64,000 nt of DNA, from the NCBI GenBank assembly GCA_004431415.1, contig QPMI01000477.1:496001-560000 (forward strand). Reading direction: 5' to 3'. The position numbers and the translations under genes are program-made. The first letter of the stretch is position 1; each line of letters begins with the position of its first letter. The stretch comes from Cyanophora paradoxa CCMP329 (Eukaryota; Plantae; Glaucophyta). The notes beneath the pieces are model-generated. The model was given only the letters and a program-made list of their open reading frames with translations. It was not told the origin of the DNA and ran no database searches. Positions 46,268 through 57,600 of this stretch are shown here, piece by piece.

Positions 46268-47329
46268 CGGGCGCCGCGAGCGCTGGGCCCGCTTCGACGC
46301 TTTATCGCGAGGCGAGCGCTGGCGGGTCATCGTTTGCTCTGGTGCAGGCGCGCGGGCCGCCGTGGCCGGTGCCGCCGGTGCCTGGCCGCGGGCCCCTCGG
46401 CGCCGCCCGATCTCGAGGCGGGGGCGCGGGCGCGGCCGGATCGCGATCGCGCGCCCCTGCCGCCATTCAGGCCCGCGGCCGTGGCAGAAGCTGCAGTGCC
46501 GGCCCCGGTCCCGATCCCGATGCCCCAGGCCGGCCCGTGGCCAGCACCGGCACGTGCACCGCCGCCGGCTGCACTGGCAGCTGCAGCTGCAGCTCCCGTC
46601 GACGTCGCCGCTTCGCCCGCGCCGCCGCCGCCGTCGCCTGCGCGCCCGCGCGTCCTGGTCGTCGATGACAACGAGCTCGTGCGCCGTACCCCTGCCATGC
46701 CCATCCCTTACGCCCCTTCCCTCCCCACTTAGACTCCCTCCTCCCCCTTCCCCCCACCCCCCCACCCCCCTTCCCATCGCCAATTCCGGATCCCCTCCCC
46801 TCCTTCCCCCCCTCCCCTCCCCCCTCGCCCCGCCCCGCCCTCCCCGCCCCCTCCCCCTCCCCGCCCCCTCCCCGCCCCCTCTCCCTCCCCCTTTCCCTCT
46901 CCCCCCTAGCTCCGCTGAGACTGAGACTGAGACCTGGCCGGCGGGCCGCAGAGCCTGCGGGTGCTCCGGAGACAGGTGCAGAGGCTCGGGTACGAGGCCG
47001 TCGGGGCCGGCAACGGCGCCAACGCGGGGGCGCCTGCCCGTCGTGTTCGTCTCCGCCAACGCGACTCCGGCCGACCGCGCCGCCGCCCGCGACGCCGGTG
47101 CCGACGCCTTCCTCGGTGCCCTCCCTCGCTGAATGAGAAGTCTATCAAAACATAAACGTTTACCAATTGCAACCATAACAGACGAATTACCAATTGCGAG
47201 CTCGGATCGCGCTCTAGGCTGACCGCGCGCGCCCCGTGCTCGCCCGCGCCCGCGGTCGCAGCGAAGCCGGTGACGCAGGAGATGGTCGCGGGGGCGCTGC
47301 GGGCACACGCCGGCCTCCCCAAGGCCTAG
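28612..47329 (+). CDS. Membrane hybrid sensor histidine kinase (TM region-PAS-HisKA-HATPase_c-receiver), interrupted by an intronic LTR element; receiver appears damaged
   Basis: Hydrophobic exons at 28612-29035 and 41794-42210. PAS-like PVGILGVDARGRV..NAAARALL (~42420). H-box HELRQPL (43331), N-box ALSNLVHNALRFT (~44260), G1/F VEDTG|VGIAEGEIEAVFEPFHQ, G2 LGLPIARRIVEACGGRLSVESRPGSG. Receiver pieces RVLVVDDNE, LPVVFVSANA..GADAFL|AKPVT; stop at 47327-47329. Confidence 0.75.
29097..29379 (-). repeat. 3' LTR (283 bp)
   Basis: tgtcggatgggagg...gagccaggcgaca; identical to 41425-41707. Confidence 0.95.
29380..29393 (-). promoter_or_regulatory. Polypurine tract (AGCGGAAGAGGAGT) abutting the 3' LTR
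   Basis: Purine-rich run on the minus strand immediately before the 3' LTR. Confidence 0.8.
32050..37600 (-). pseudogene. Shattered gypsy pol (RT, integrase, GPY/F tail, possible chromodomain)
   Basis: Minus-strand motif remnants in the expected order. RT: RLRVDF (37458-75), KGAYH (36931-45), EF..KMP..VGL..AAT.LQR (36770-36880), YAD[PG]D (36688-705). Integrase: AYIRA...CQPAK (~34280-34335), TPEHP..AN..DSE (~33660-33698), KFCPQ..IG[7-nt insert]PYQV (32662-32709), DL.P.QWRTH..LRP (~32510-32567). Frames are broken throughout. Confidence 0.65.
40304..40546. repeat. Short tandem duplications near the 5' end of the LTR element interior (49-bp x2; 23-bp x2)
   Basis: ccggaaggaactcgggcgcgcggcctcagttctcRatccggtccactcg at 40304 and 40353. 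cgaccgggaatagcaccctcggg occurs twice 60 bp apart (~40464, ~40524). Confidence 0.85.
41414..41424 (-). promoter_or_regulatory. Primer-binding site (GGCGCCACTGC), probably tRNA-Asp type
   Basis: Directly follows the 5' LTR on the minus strand and resembles TGGCGCC-type PBSs. The tRNA identity is inferred from plant tRNA-Asp 3' ends. Confidence 0.6.
41425..41707 (-). repeat. 5' LTR (283 bp)
   Basis: Identical to 29097-29379; followed by TSD cgcgt. Confidence 0.95.
44513..44996 (+). repeat. Local duplications of an exon end and adjacent intron pieces inside the kinase gene
   Basis: gtcttcgagcccttccaccaggcgagc (44513) recurs at ~44796 and partly at ~44710. ggcctctagatctaggcccgccctag occurs at ~44682 and, with an extra 6-nt unit, at ~44954. 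Confidence 0.7.
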
Positions 47330-48162
47330 GACCTAGGCCCAGGCCTAGGACCCCGGCCATCGCCATGGCCCCGTGCATGCACGGGCCCTCGTCGATCGCG
47401 AAACAGCCCGGCCCACGCCATATGCATGGCGATGGCCTCGCGCACGGGTCCTCGCGACAGTTCACGATCGCGAGGGGGCCGAGACGTTTTCTCTGCTGCT
47501 GCAGGAGTCGATGTCGATGTCATTTCGTTAAAGTTTCGAACAGTCACTGAGTGTTACTATTTGCAAATGAGAACAGTTGTTGTACGTACGTGCATCCTTG
47601 GAGCATAGCGCGCAGTGCATATAAATCCATCATCGCATTATTATTACAGAATCAGTTTCACAGTCGTACGCGTAAACTAATCGGTAGCTATTGACTGCAA
47701 ATATTCCCGAGTAATTTTATATTGAATCGTCGTCGATGTTGTTCCTGTTTCTGGGGCTTTTTTCGACGAAGTCTTCTAGACCTGATTTATTGTCGAGCTT
47801 CAGCTGTACTTCCCGTTGATATTGCACTTGTTTTCCCCATCTTCTCAGAAGGTCTGCCAGCCCGCAGGGCCGGCCGCCGCACCGTGGCACTTGGATCGGC
47901 GGATATAGAGCACTGATCATGACACCTCGCCACTCAGCCGCCAGCTACCCCCCCCCCCCCCCCCCTCCCCGCCCCCACCCCCTCCCCTCCCCTCCTTACA
48001 TATACGCTTGCACATGTGTGAATCACGATTGCAATTCTTTCAATATATTCTATTTTCCGTACACTGTACCATGCAGTTCAGATTTAATCTGGGTCGCCCC
48101 CGACCACAATCATGGTCGGAGAGGACCGATTTGTATTCAGTAATCCGCGACAATGATCGTGA

Positions 48163-50189
48163 TCAAAGAGCACCAATATGTGCCCAGAGGAGACGGGGGC
48201 CGAGGGCGGCGACGAGGACTGCGGCGAGGAGCCCCGCAAGGGACGTCGTTGGTACGATGCCCGGTGCGGCGCCGCTGTAGTACGGCCTGCGGAGGGGGGC
48301 GGGGTGGGAGGTCACGATCACGCGTGAAAGAAGAGCGCCCCTCGTCCGGATTCATGCATATAAGTGGGGGGCGAAAATTCTAATGTGCATGTTTATATAA
48401 TTAACGGGTTTATGACTAGTAAATTCAAATACGCGTATACAATATATTGGGCATGCACGCACACGGCGGCGACGGGGGAATTCCACGCGAAAGCATTGAC
48501 GAAGGTGAAGGTGTCGAAGGCGCCGCTCGGGCTGCGGACCTCGAGGCCGTACCCCTGGCCCGGCGCGTACGCCGCCCCCTGCACGCGAAGCGGGCTTATA
48601 ATTAGACGGGCGAAGTGCAGCGCGTCAGCCAGCGCCTTTGGATCTGCGGTGCACCGAGAGAGACCGCGCGCGGCCACGTGCACGGGCGGCGCAGAGTGAG
48701 ATGTCGGGCACCGCTGCGCGTGCGACGCGAGATCAGCCAAGCCAAATTGAAAAACTGCGCAATATTTAATCTGAATGCCCAGGCCTAGGGCGCACTGAAG
48801 CGGATTTCTTCGGCGCTGACGAAGCGGGGGTTGATGGCGGGGCAGCGGACGGTCCCCGAGACGATGTCGATCTGCGCCCCCGGCCCGCCGGCGCGGCCGC
48901 GTCTCAGGGGCGGTGCCCCGGGCGGCCGCGGACTGGGCGCACGGCAACGGCTTCGCCGAAGGAGAAGCCCTCACCGAAGATGCTCACCTCGCCCCCCGTC
49001 TGCGGCAGCCGCAGGCGGGGCGCGATCAGCGTCATGGTAACTAATTTTACAAATCAAAAACCGATCGCGAGGGCCGGGTGCACGTGCACGTGCACGTGGC
49101 GGCCAGCGCTAGCTCGATTGTGATGCGAACCTGGGGGGTCTGGAGGACGGGGGCGCTGAAGAGGGCGCGGTTGTCGGCGTCGAAGGCAACGGCGGAGGCA
49201 CCAGCGGCGCTGCTGATGCCCGAGACGGAGACGCGCGTGATGTTCTGCGCGGGCGAATTAATTTTATAATATTGTTTGCAGTCAGTTATTTTTCAATCGA
49301 TCGCGAGGCTATGTATATATGTATATATCCGTTTAAGCCGGGGCGCTCGCGCGCACCAGTCGGGCCCGGGGCGCCGGCGCCGGGGTCGGTGAGCTCGGGA
49401 TCGAGCCGGGGGAGGGCGAGGGCGAAGGGGAGGGGCTCGCGGTGGCCGCCGGCGAGGGGCTCGGGCTCGCAGAAGGCGAGGGCGACGGCGAAGGCGACGG
49501 GCTGGCCGTGGGCGACGGCCGCGGGCTGGCGCTGGCCGACGGGGACGGGGACGGGCTGGGCGACGGGGACGGGCTGGGCGAGGGCGTGGGACGCAGGGGG
49601 TCCACGCAGACGCCACTGATGTCGGAAAAGGGAGAGACGCAGATGCATTTCTCCGGGGTGACTGTCAGGCTCGCTCCGTGGGCGCATTTGTGCTTGCACA
49701 CCTGCGAGTCTACGGGTTCAAGGGGGCTCGGATGCGCGCGCGGCGGGCGCCGCGACGCGATCGGTTGCGGGCCCGGGCCGGGACGCGCACGCCGTCGACG
49801 AGCAGCTCGTGGCAGTGGCAGACTCCCACAACCACGGTCGCATTGTGGGCGCAGGGGGGTGGAATACAGAAAGATCTCCCTTCATCCGAATCATATATTT
49901 CTTGAAGCGGTGAAGCGCAGACGCAAGGAACCCCACTGCATCTGGCCTCATTCGTATCGATGCCGAGGGTGCAATCGAAACCGGCCAAGGTCGACCCCGG
50001 ATAGGCCGAGCTCCCGGTACCACTGCAGGGGCAGCACGCCGCGGCGAGCTGGATGCTGCTGGCTGATAGGAAGGCGACCACGGCGAGGAGGCCCGGGGCC
50101 AGCGAGGGCCGCGGCGGAATCGATCGTGAGCGCGACGAGCCCGAGCCCGCCATCGATATCCGGACGCGCAGCATCCGGCTGATGATCAT
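48163..50189 (-). CDS. Secreted, probably GPI-anchored Cys-rich protein with a Ser-Pro repeat stalk
   Basis: Hydrophobic leader GLLAVVAFLSASSIQLAAA, Cys-rich exons (CCPC, CVC, CHC, CIC), a (SP)n tract at ~49400-49590, and a C-terminal SGAAPGIVPTTSLAGLLAAVLVAALGPRLLWAHIGAL* typical of a GPI signal; stop at 48163-65. The start could be 50153 instead. Confidence 0.65.
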
Positions 50190-50541
50190 GGTCGTGGTTT
50201 CCGCCCACGATCGAGCTCGCCGATCCCGGGTCGTAAGGCTGTCCCCGGAGTCTGCTAGCGCTGCTTATGATCAGGGCCTCACGCGTACGGGAGCGCTAGC
50301 GCACTGCGCAGTTCACGTGCTCAGTGCTCAGTGCTCACTGCTCACTGCTCAGCAGAGTCACACACAGTGCACAGCGCTACTACTGCTGCGCTAGCGCTAC
50401 TAGGCTAGCGGGCCAGCGGGTGGCAGCGGCTCAGCCTGCAGCTGCAGGGCCAGTGCAGGCTGCAGCTGACAGCTGCAGGCTACCCAGTACCATCATGCCA
50501 TCGGCATGCCATCATTGCCATGTTGTACCGTAGTACGGTAT

Positions 50542-51974
50542 TAGTACCTCAGAAAGTGCCTCTTTTGAAGTCTTTTCCCGGAAGAGTCGAAACGGTTCAA
50601 AGAACTTAGAACTTAGAACTTAGAAGCAAGTAGTAAGTACCGCATGAAGTACGCGCTGGCGGCTCTTACTGTCGAATCAGAGTCGCGAACGCCTCCCGGG
50701 AGTCCTAGGCCTACCGGCCGCGGTACTGTCAAAATATTATGTTAGACTCTGAGACGGGTATTTAGTTAGACGTTTGTCCACCCATAACGATAGTCGCAGT
50801 AGTAGCAAGTTACGAGCAACTAGTACTAGCAGCTCTAGTACTGTCGGAGGCGGAATTCGAAAATTGCCGAGACGAAAAATTGCCGAACAAGCGAGTCCCT
50901 GCGGAGCAGGAGTGGCCTTGGGTCTTGGGGTCTCAACTTGACTCTCAAGGCGTGAGGGTGGCCGGCGCTGGCCGCTCTTTGTTTTAAAACGGGGCCCGCA
51001 ACCGCGCGCGGTTAATTACGTACGCGTGGAGCAACGCCTGGCGCGGCCGGCGCCGGCATCGATATCGATATCGACGTCGCGATCGGCGCCGGCTGCTGCC
51101 GGCCGATATCGATATCGTTAACGTTGATCGCGATCGATTGACCGGACATCGTCTTCACGTCGACGTTGATCGATCGTCGATCGCGATTCACACGAACAGA
51201 GTTTTTTTCGGTAATTCAATCATTGATGTTGTGATCGGCAAAACGTTCACCAAACGATTGCCAACAATTCTTTCAATTGCGAGCGCCTCATTGATCTGCA
51301 ATCTGCCAATTACTAATAATCAATTACTAACAATGACAGGCGATCCGGCTATGTTTATGAGTCTGTGAGAATTTGCATTTTTGTTGAGATGAATTCGCAC
51401 ACACCGAGACAAATGGCTAGAGATATAACTGAGGTGTCCATCTGTGTCAAGTCGAGAGATGAGCCTACGGGACTAAGCCTTTCGGACATCGGACCGGGTG
51501 GAGCTCGTACTGTGAGAATTTGCATGGGCGAAGGGGGGCCAATGACATTTGCGCTTGTCCGTGAATGGGGCGATTGAGCTTTTTGGCCAATGGCGATCGG
51601 GCTTAACGCGAACAATTTCGTTCGTACGTGCTGTTAGTGCTTGTTAGAGGTGTCACATTTGAAAAGTAGCGCCGCCATCGTGCTCCCCAAGGCCGAAAAT
51701 GGGTACCTAGGTCCAAAAATTTTCACCTGAATCGCATTTTGAATTTACAGACAGGATAGGCACAGACCTAAGGGCCTCTACTTTCCCCAAGGCCGATTGC
51801 CGTAAGAAGAAGGTCTGATGATGATGACTCATTGATGCGGTCAGTTGCGAGTCTTGTGAAAAGTCAGTTGAAGAAAAACCGTTGAACCGGCACTTGAGAA
51901 AAAACTTGAAAAACAAAATATGAATAGCAACCTTTTCGACTCCTCCGGGAAAAGAGGTACTTTCTGAAGTACTG
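50542..51974. mobile_element. Degenerate TIR DNA element (~1.43 kb, CAGT-type terminus)
   Basis: The left end tagtacctcagaaagtgcctctttt..cccggaagagtcgaaacggtt matches the reverse complement of the right end (cagtacttcagaaagtacctcttttcccggaggagtcgaaaaggtt). The interior is AT-richer with no recognisable transposase. Confidence 0.65.
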
Positions 51975-52167
51975 CATCACGAAAAACCGAACTAAAAAAT
52001 GAAATTGTATATATATATATATGATGAGTACGTACGTTATTCTACTAGGCTACGTGACTAGTAAGTGCACGTGACTTTACTAGTGACTTGGTAGTGAGTA
52101 GTAAGTACTAAGTACCGCATGAAGTACGCGCTGGAAGCTTTTACTAGCCTCCTAGCACAATCGCCTA

Positions 52168-52409
52168 CCGTGTAAGACTTATATACCGCGCTGACTTACC
52201 GTAACTACCGCGCTGCCAAATTACCGCGCTCAAAATTTTAATAACGTTAACGCAGTAATTTGGTAGCGCGCTATTAGTATAGCCTATTACCCCCTTGGCT
52301 AGTATTACCGCGGTAATTTGGTACTAAATTGGTAGCGCAGGAAAGCGCAAATCGGGCCCAAATTTGTGGAACGCGCTAATATGTGACGCGGTATTTAAGT
52401 CTTACAGGG
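52168..52409. mobile_element. MITE, 242 bp, TA-flanked
   Basis: TA|CCGTGTAAGACTTATATACCGCG ... CGCGGTATTTAAGTCTTACAGGG|TA; internal TTACCGCG repeats. Confidence 0.8.
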
Positions 52410-52504
52410 TAGTAGCAAAGAGTCGCCGAAGACGTCGACGTCGACCCGGCCCGAGGGCCGAGGTTTCAGCTCCAGCCTCCCGGAGTCCAGCCTTCCATGC
52501 ACTA

Positions 52505-52652
52505 CCGTGTGGCACTAAATTACCGCGGCATAAATTACCGCGTTAGAAACTCCGGCCCGAGGGTGGCCAAAATACCGCGGACCGCGGTACCAAATTACCG
52601 CGGTAATTAAGTGGGCGCGGTATTATAGTGCCACGTGCACTGTGCCACACGG
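52505..52652. mobile_element. MITE, 148 bp, TA-flanked, same TIR family as 52168-52409
   Basis: TA|CCGTGTGGCACTAAATTACCGCG ... CGCGGTATTATAGTGCCAC[GTGCACTGTGCCAC]ACGG|TA; internal TTACCGCG repeats. Confidence 0.75.
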
Positions 52653-52793
52653 TAGTAAGTACCGCATGAAGTGCTTATAATTACAGCACGCGGAAGTTAC
52701 GCCATGGCCATGGCACTGATGGCAGTGATGGCACTGATGGCAGCTTCTAGTAGCCTCCTACTACCCGGTACCGGTAGACAGTGGTACCCGCTA

Positions 52794-53160
52794 CGAGTTA
52801 TGGCCCTATGGCGCGGTTTCCGCCATACAAACCTTTTTCCGAGTCAAGTTGATTGACTCGAGTCGGCGGAGCTCTCGACCAATAGCTGCCCGGTGCCCGG
52901 TTTCGAGTCAAATTAGTGTTGCCAGGTGCCCGCGTTTTCCCCGTACTATTTCGACTTGAAAATGCCAGTGTTTTCCGATTGGGCACGTGCTTGTATATTT
53001 CGCATGCTATATATAAGCTGCTGTTGGCAGTTACTAGCCGGCGGTTACTAGGACTGTACCAGGTAGCTACTAGAACCATACCAGGTAGGTAATTTACATA
53101 AGGGCAGGATCTGCCAAACTGGCCCACTGGCAGGAAACTCCGCCTAAGGCCCATAACTCG
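52794..53160. mobile_element. MITE, 367 bp, TA-flanked
   Basis: TA|CGAGTTATGGCCCTATGGCG ... CGCCTAAGGCCCATAACTCG|TA. Confidence 0.75.
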
Positions 53161-53428
53161 TAGCGACCGGTAGACACAATTTGTCACACAAAGCCTGAGC
53201 CGGCGCCTCTCTGGCCCTGAGGTGATCATGAATTATGATCTGCAGCTGAGAACTCCGGAATCTCGAGCTCCTGTGGGCTGTAGCCTGTACTACCGTAGTA
53301 CGGTAGCTGCGAGCTCCTACTAGCCTCCTCCTCGCGCTGCTCCCTTTGCTTGCAAACCGCTGCCGCTGTCACAGTGTTGCAGCCGCCTCGCCGCTAGCTC
53401 GCAAGCTTAAGCCGCTGAGCATTTCGCG

Positions 53429-53910
53429 ATGGCCCGGGGTGCTTTCGGTTACAGGGGGCGCCTCGACGAGGAGCTTCTCAAGGTCGAGGTGCCACGGATA
53501 CCGGGCCTTCCCGGCTTGCGCGCGGTCGCCCACGCCCGAAAGATAAAAGCGCTCTCGTTATATATAAAATTTCGCGTCCTGCGCGATCGATCGTTTCTCA
53601 TCGACCACACGCACGCGCGCGCGCGCAGGTGGAGGAGCCCGTCGCGAGGATCGAAGTTCTAGTGGAGGCCGTGGACACGCGTACGGCGGAGGAGCTCGGG
53701 GGCGTCGCCGAGGGCGACGCGGAGCTCCTGGACGACCTCGCGCTCCTCCAGTCCGACCTCGCCGCCGAGGTGCGCTTCATGGCCAGCACCGCTGGCCGGG
53801 CCGGCCGGCCGGGCCGGCCGGCGCCGTTGCGGGTCCTCATTTCATTCCTGGGCCTGACGCTTGCCGGCTGGGCCGCGCGCGGCGGTTTAAAACCTCAGAA
53901 GCCGTCTTAA
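53429..53910 (+). CDS. Possible small two-exon gene or gene fragment, unknown function
   Basis: GC3-rich, protein-like segments (RLDEELLKVEVPRIPG; VEEPVARIEVLVEAVD..LLDDLALLQSDLAAEVRF) separated by an AT-richer stretch ending in gcag. No family recognised. Confidence 0.3.
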
Positions 53911-54612
53911 GCTTGCCCGTCACACGGCGTGCACGTGGCTGACGCGTACGCGTGCGGGGCGTGCGCAGGCCCTCGACTTTGCCGAGATGCCACCGCTGGA
54001 CTCTTAGCTGCATGCGGGGCCGCGGGTCTGGCATTCCTTGCTTTTATACAATTAGTAAACGTCGAATACAACGACGACCGCCACTTGATCGCTTTGTGAT
54101 AATATTAATGATAATATTAATTGGCCGATAATTCAAAAAAGTGGTTTCGTGATTTCGCACCGGCGCAAGGGGCGCACCCGGCCCCGGGGCAGGCGCAGGC
54201 CTAGGCCCCCTCCCAGCAGGCGGCCTCGAGCTCTCTTATAATTCCGACGGGGCGGCCCGCGACCGCCGGGCCAGGGCCCGGGCCCCCGCACCCACGTGCA
54301 CCGGGAGGGGCATGCTCAGGGGCGGCACGGGCGCACCGCGGCGGAACAAGCCCCCGGCCCGGCGCCGCGCTTGGGCATTTGTAATTGCTTGGGCTTAAGG
54401 CTTGCAATTGGCCAGCGGCGGAGTTGCCATTGAAGTTCGGTTGTTTCCCCAATTTCACCTCAAGCTCACCACCCAACCACCGCGGGCCTGATCATGATTA
54501 TGAGCGAGCACCACCCAGCGTTTGCCGCAAGATAACGCGTCATTTCAAATATATAGAACTCAGTGGTGACTACTACAGCATCGGTTGCAGAAGGCCTAGG
54601 TTGGTTCTGCCT

Positions 54613-57600
54613 CTAGCTATCTAGACGCACAGCGCAAGTGAAGGGGTGGGGTGGGGCGGGGGTGGGGCCTAGGGTCGGGGGCAGGGCGGCAGGCGCCGGC
54701 GCCGGCGCCGGCGCCTCACACGCGGTCCACCGGGTACGAGGCGGCCCGGGGTCCCGCGCGCTCTCGGCCTCGGGCGGCGGCGGCGCCGCCTCGCGCGCCG
54801 CGGCCGCCGAGGAGAGGTCGAGCGCGGGGAAGGTCCCGCCCCCGTCCCCGCCGGGCGCTGCTGGCTCGGGCTCTGCCGCTGCCTCCGCGGCGGGTTCCCG
54901 GGCGTCTCCCCGGCCCCCGCCCCGCGTCAAGGCTGGGGAACGGGGCGCGGCCGGCGTGGAACGTGTCCTCCAGGTCCTCCAGCGCCAGGTCGCTGGGCGG
55001 GGGCGGCGCCGCCCCTCGAGGCCGCCCGCGCTCGTCGGCAGCGCCACGCGCCCCGCGTCGAAGGCCCGCGGCGTCGGCTCCGGATCCGCCGCCGGCTGCG
55101 GCTGCGGCTGCGGCTGCGGCTGGGCACGGGGCGCCGGCGGCTCGCGCGCGCCGTCGCCGTCGTCGCCGCTGTCGGCGAAGTCTGCCGCGGGGTCGCCGGG
55201 CGTCGGCGTCGGGGCGCCGCCGTCGAGGGGCGGGAACTCGCCCTCCTCCGCCAGGAACTGCGCGGGCGGCAGCGGGCCCCGCGAGCTCGGCCGCTCCCGC
55301 GACGCCGGCCGCTGCGCCGCCGACGAGCCCGGGCGCGTCCCGGTGGACGGGCGGGCGACGGGGACCGCGGGGGGCGGCCCCGGCGGCGGCGGCGGCTTGC
55401 GCCGGATCCCAGCGAGGCCCTCCGGCGGCGGGCCCGGCGGCGGGGGCGGCTGGAGCGGCGCGCAGGAGGCCGACCCCGTGCTGGAGATTGAGCCGGGGGC
55501 AGGCGGCGGGGCCGGGGTCGGGGTCGGGGTCGCGTCGTCGGCGGGCGTAGGCGCGTCGGGGGGCGGCGGCGGCGGAGGGGGCTCGTCGAACATCGGCACG
55601 CGCGGCAGCGTCCGCGTGAAGAGCATCTGGGGCGCGATCCCGCGTCAGGTCGAGAGCAGCGCGGCTAGAAGCTAAGGCTAAGCCCGCAGCACGCGAGCCC
55701 ACCTTGCCCTCGGTAGGGGAGGCCGGGGAGGCCTCGGGCGGCGCCTCGGGCGGGGCCGGGGCGACCTGACTCTTCCCCGGCGGCTTGCCCTTGCCGCCCA
55801 TTGTCTCGACGTCAGCGACGGGGGCCTCCTTGACGGGCTTCATCTCCCTGCTGAAGTCCGCCGCCGCGCGCTTCTTCTTCAGGCGCTCCTTCTCCGCCGC
55901 CTCGTGCCCGATGCGTTCGGCCTCGGCCATAGACGCGCGCCACGCCCGCAGCATCAGGATGCGCGCCGGCTCCTGGAGCACCATGTACTGCGCGGCGGCG
56001 GCCCCGCGCGTCAGCCCCGTCCGCTGAGCTTTGCTCGCGAGGCGCTGAGCTTTGTCACCTGGGCGAGGGACCAGAGGACGGAGCCGACCCAGGACCACGC
56101 CATCGAGTCGTCGAAGGCGAAGCCCATGACGACGGCGATGTAGCCCTGCGCCCCACGGTTTCGGGATCGAAGGCGGTTTCGGGATCGAAGGCGGCTTTGG
56201 GATCGAAGAAATTTTCACGGACCGTGAAGCCGACCCAGAGGAAGGCGATGGTGAAGGGCAGGAGGATGAAGTTGCGGGGCACGGGCGTCGCGGCGTTCGG
56301 CGAGTCCGCCACCGTGTAGTAGCTCCCGCTGTCCGCGTCGTTCACCTGCGGGGAGAGGTGAGCGGAGGGTTGAGCAGAGTTACATTTAAGGATTCAAGCA
56401 AGGCGGGCGGGCGCGCCATGCGGATGATGGTCTCCTTGAGCGGGGCGGAGGCGGCGACGGGCGGGGGCGTGTAGAAGGCGGGCAGGACGAGCGGCCGGAT
56501 GGTGTCGTAGACGCGCTTCCACTGCGACTCGACGCTCGCGTCCTTGCGCGTGCGCGCCGCCAGCTTGTCCGCGTAGTCCACGTCGCGCTCGCCGGCGTAC
56601 CAGACGTGCGTCGGGAGGCCCTTGTCCGTCGCCGGGGTCATGAACTTGGAGAGGCGGAGGTGCTTGCGCGTGATGAAGCCGCGGTAGAGCGCCTGCACCC
56701 GCGTCACCAGGTAGTCGACCTGTTATAAGGAGGGTGGTTAGATAAACAGATAGATACGTGGTTTAGAAAGGGAGCGCGCCTGCGAGGGGACGCGGATGGT
56801 GCCGCTGCCGCTCTTGGAGAGGGCGACGCCGGCCATGCCGGCCCGCGGCGGCGGGGCGACCTTCGGGCTGCCCGCCCCCGGCAGCCCGACGAAGCCGCCG
56901 GGCGAGCCGAACTTGGGCGAGGCGGCGCCGGCCGCCGCCGCCGCGAGGTTGGCGCGCACGCTGGCGAAGGCGGGCGGCGGCCCGAGCGGAGGCGGGGGCG
57001 AGCGGGCGCCCATGGGCGTCGACGGGCTGGCGGAGCCGGCGTAGGCCCGATGCGGGGCGGCGGGCGGGGCCCGGCCGGCGGGGCGGCGGGCCGAGGGGCG
57101 TGCCGGGGGCGGCGGGCGAGCCGGGCGTGCCCGGGGCCGACCCCTGCGGGCTCCCGAGGCTGCGCGCGAGCATGCGGCGGCGCGCGTTGTAGAGCCCGCG
57201 GCCGGCGTCGCCCTCGCCGCTGGGCGGGCGCGGGCCCTGCCGGCCCGTCGCCGAGGGCACCAGCTGGCCCCGCCCGCTGCCGTCCTGCACGACGCGGGGC
57301 CGGCGGGGGATGCCCGCCATCGCCGGGTCGCCGGCCGGCGCCGGCGGCGGGCGCGGGCCGACCCGCGGCTGCCCGTTGACGACGGGCGGGAGCCCGGGGG
57401 CGGGCGGGGCCCGACGCGGGGCCGAGGGCGGCGGAGAGGGCGGGGCGGGCGGAGCGCGTGGGCGTGCCCGAGGACGGGGGCGGCGGGGTCGCCGGGCCCC
57501 GGCGGGGCGCCAGGGCTCGTCGCCGGCGTCGGGCGGCATCGGGCCGCGGCGGCCGCCGCCGGGCGACCCGAGGCTGGAGCTGAGGCTGGGCGCGCGCGTC

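Noticed and set aside
43153-47329. Bacterial two-component locus or contamination
   Set aside because: The kinase motifs are split by spliceosomal introns in the same style as the neighbouring eukaryotic genes.
51138-51916. Short ORFs inside the 1.4-kb TIR element as a transposase
   Set aside because: No DDE/D or HTH motif is recognisable and all frames are interrupted by stops.
50631-56209. CRISPR-like arrays (motif at 50631/52109/52653; 18-bp repeat at 56156)
   Set aside because: No regular repeat-spacer period, no cas genes, and a eukaryotic intron-rich context.
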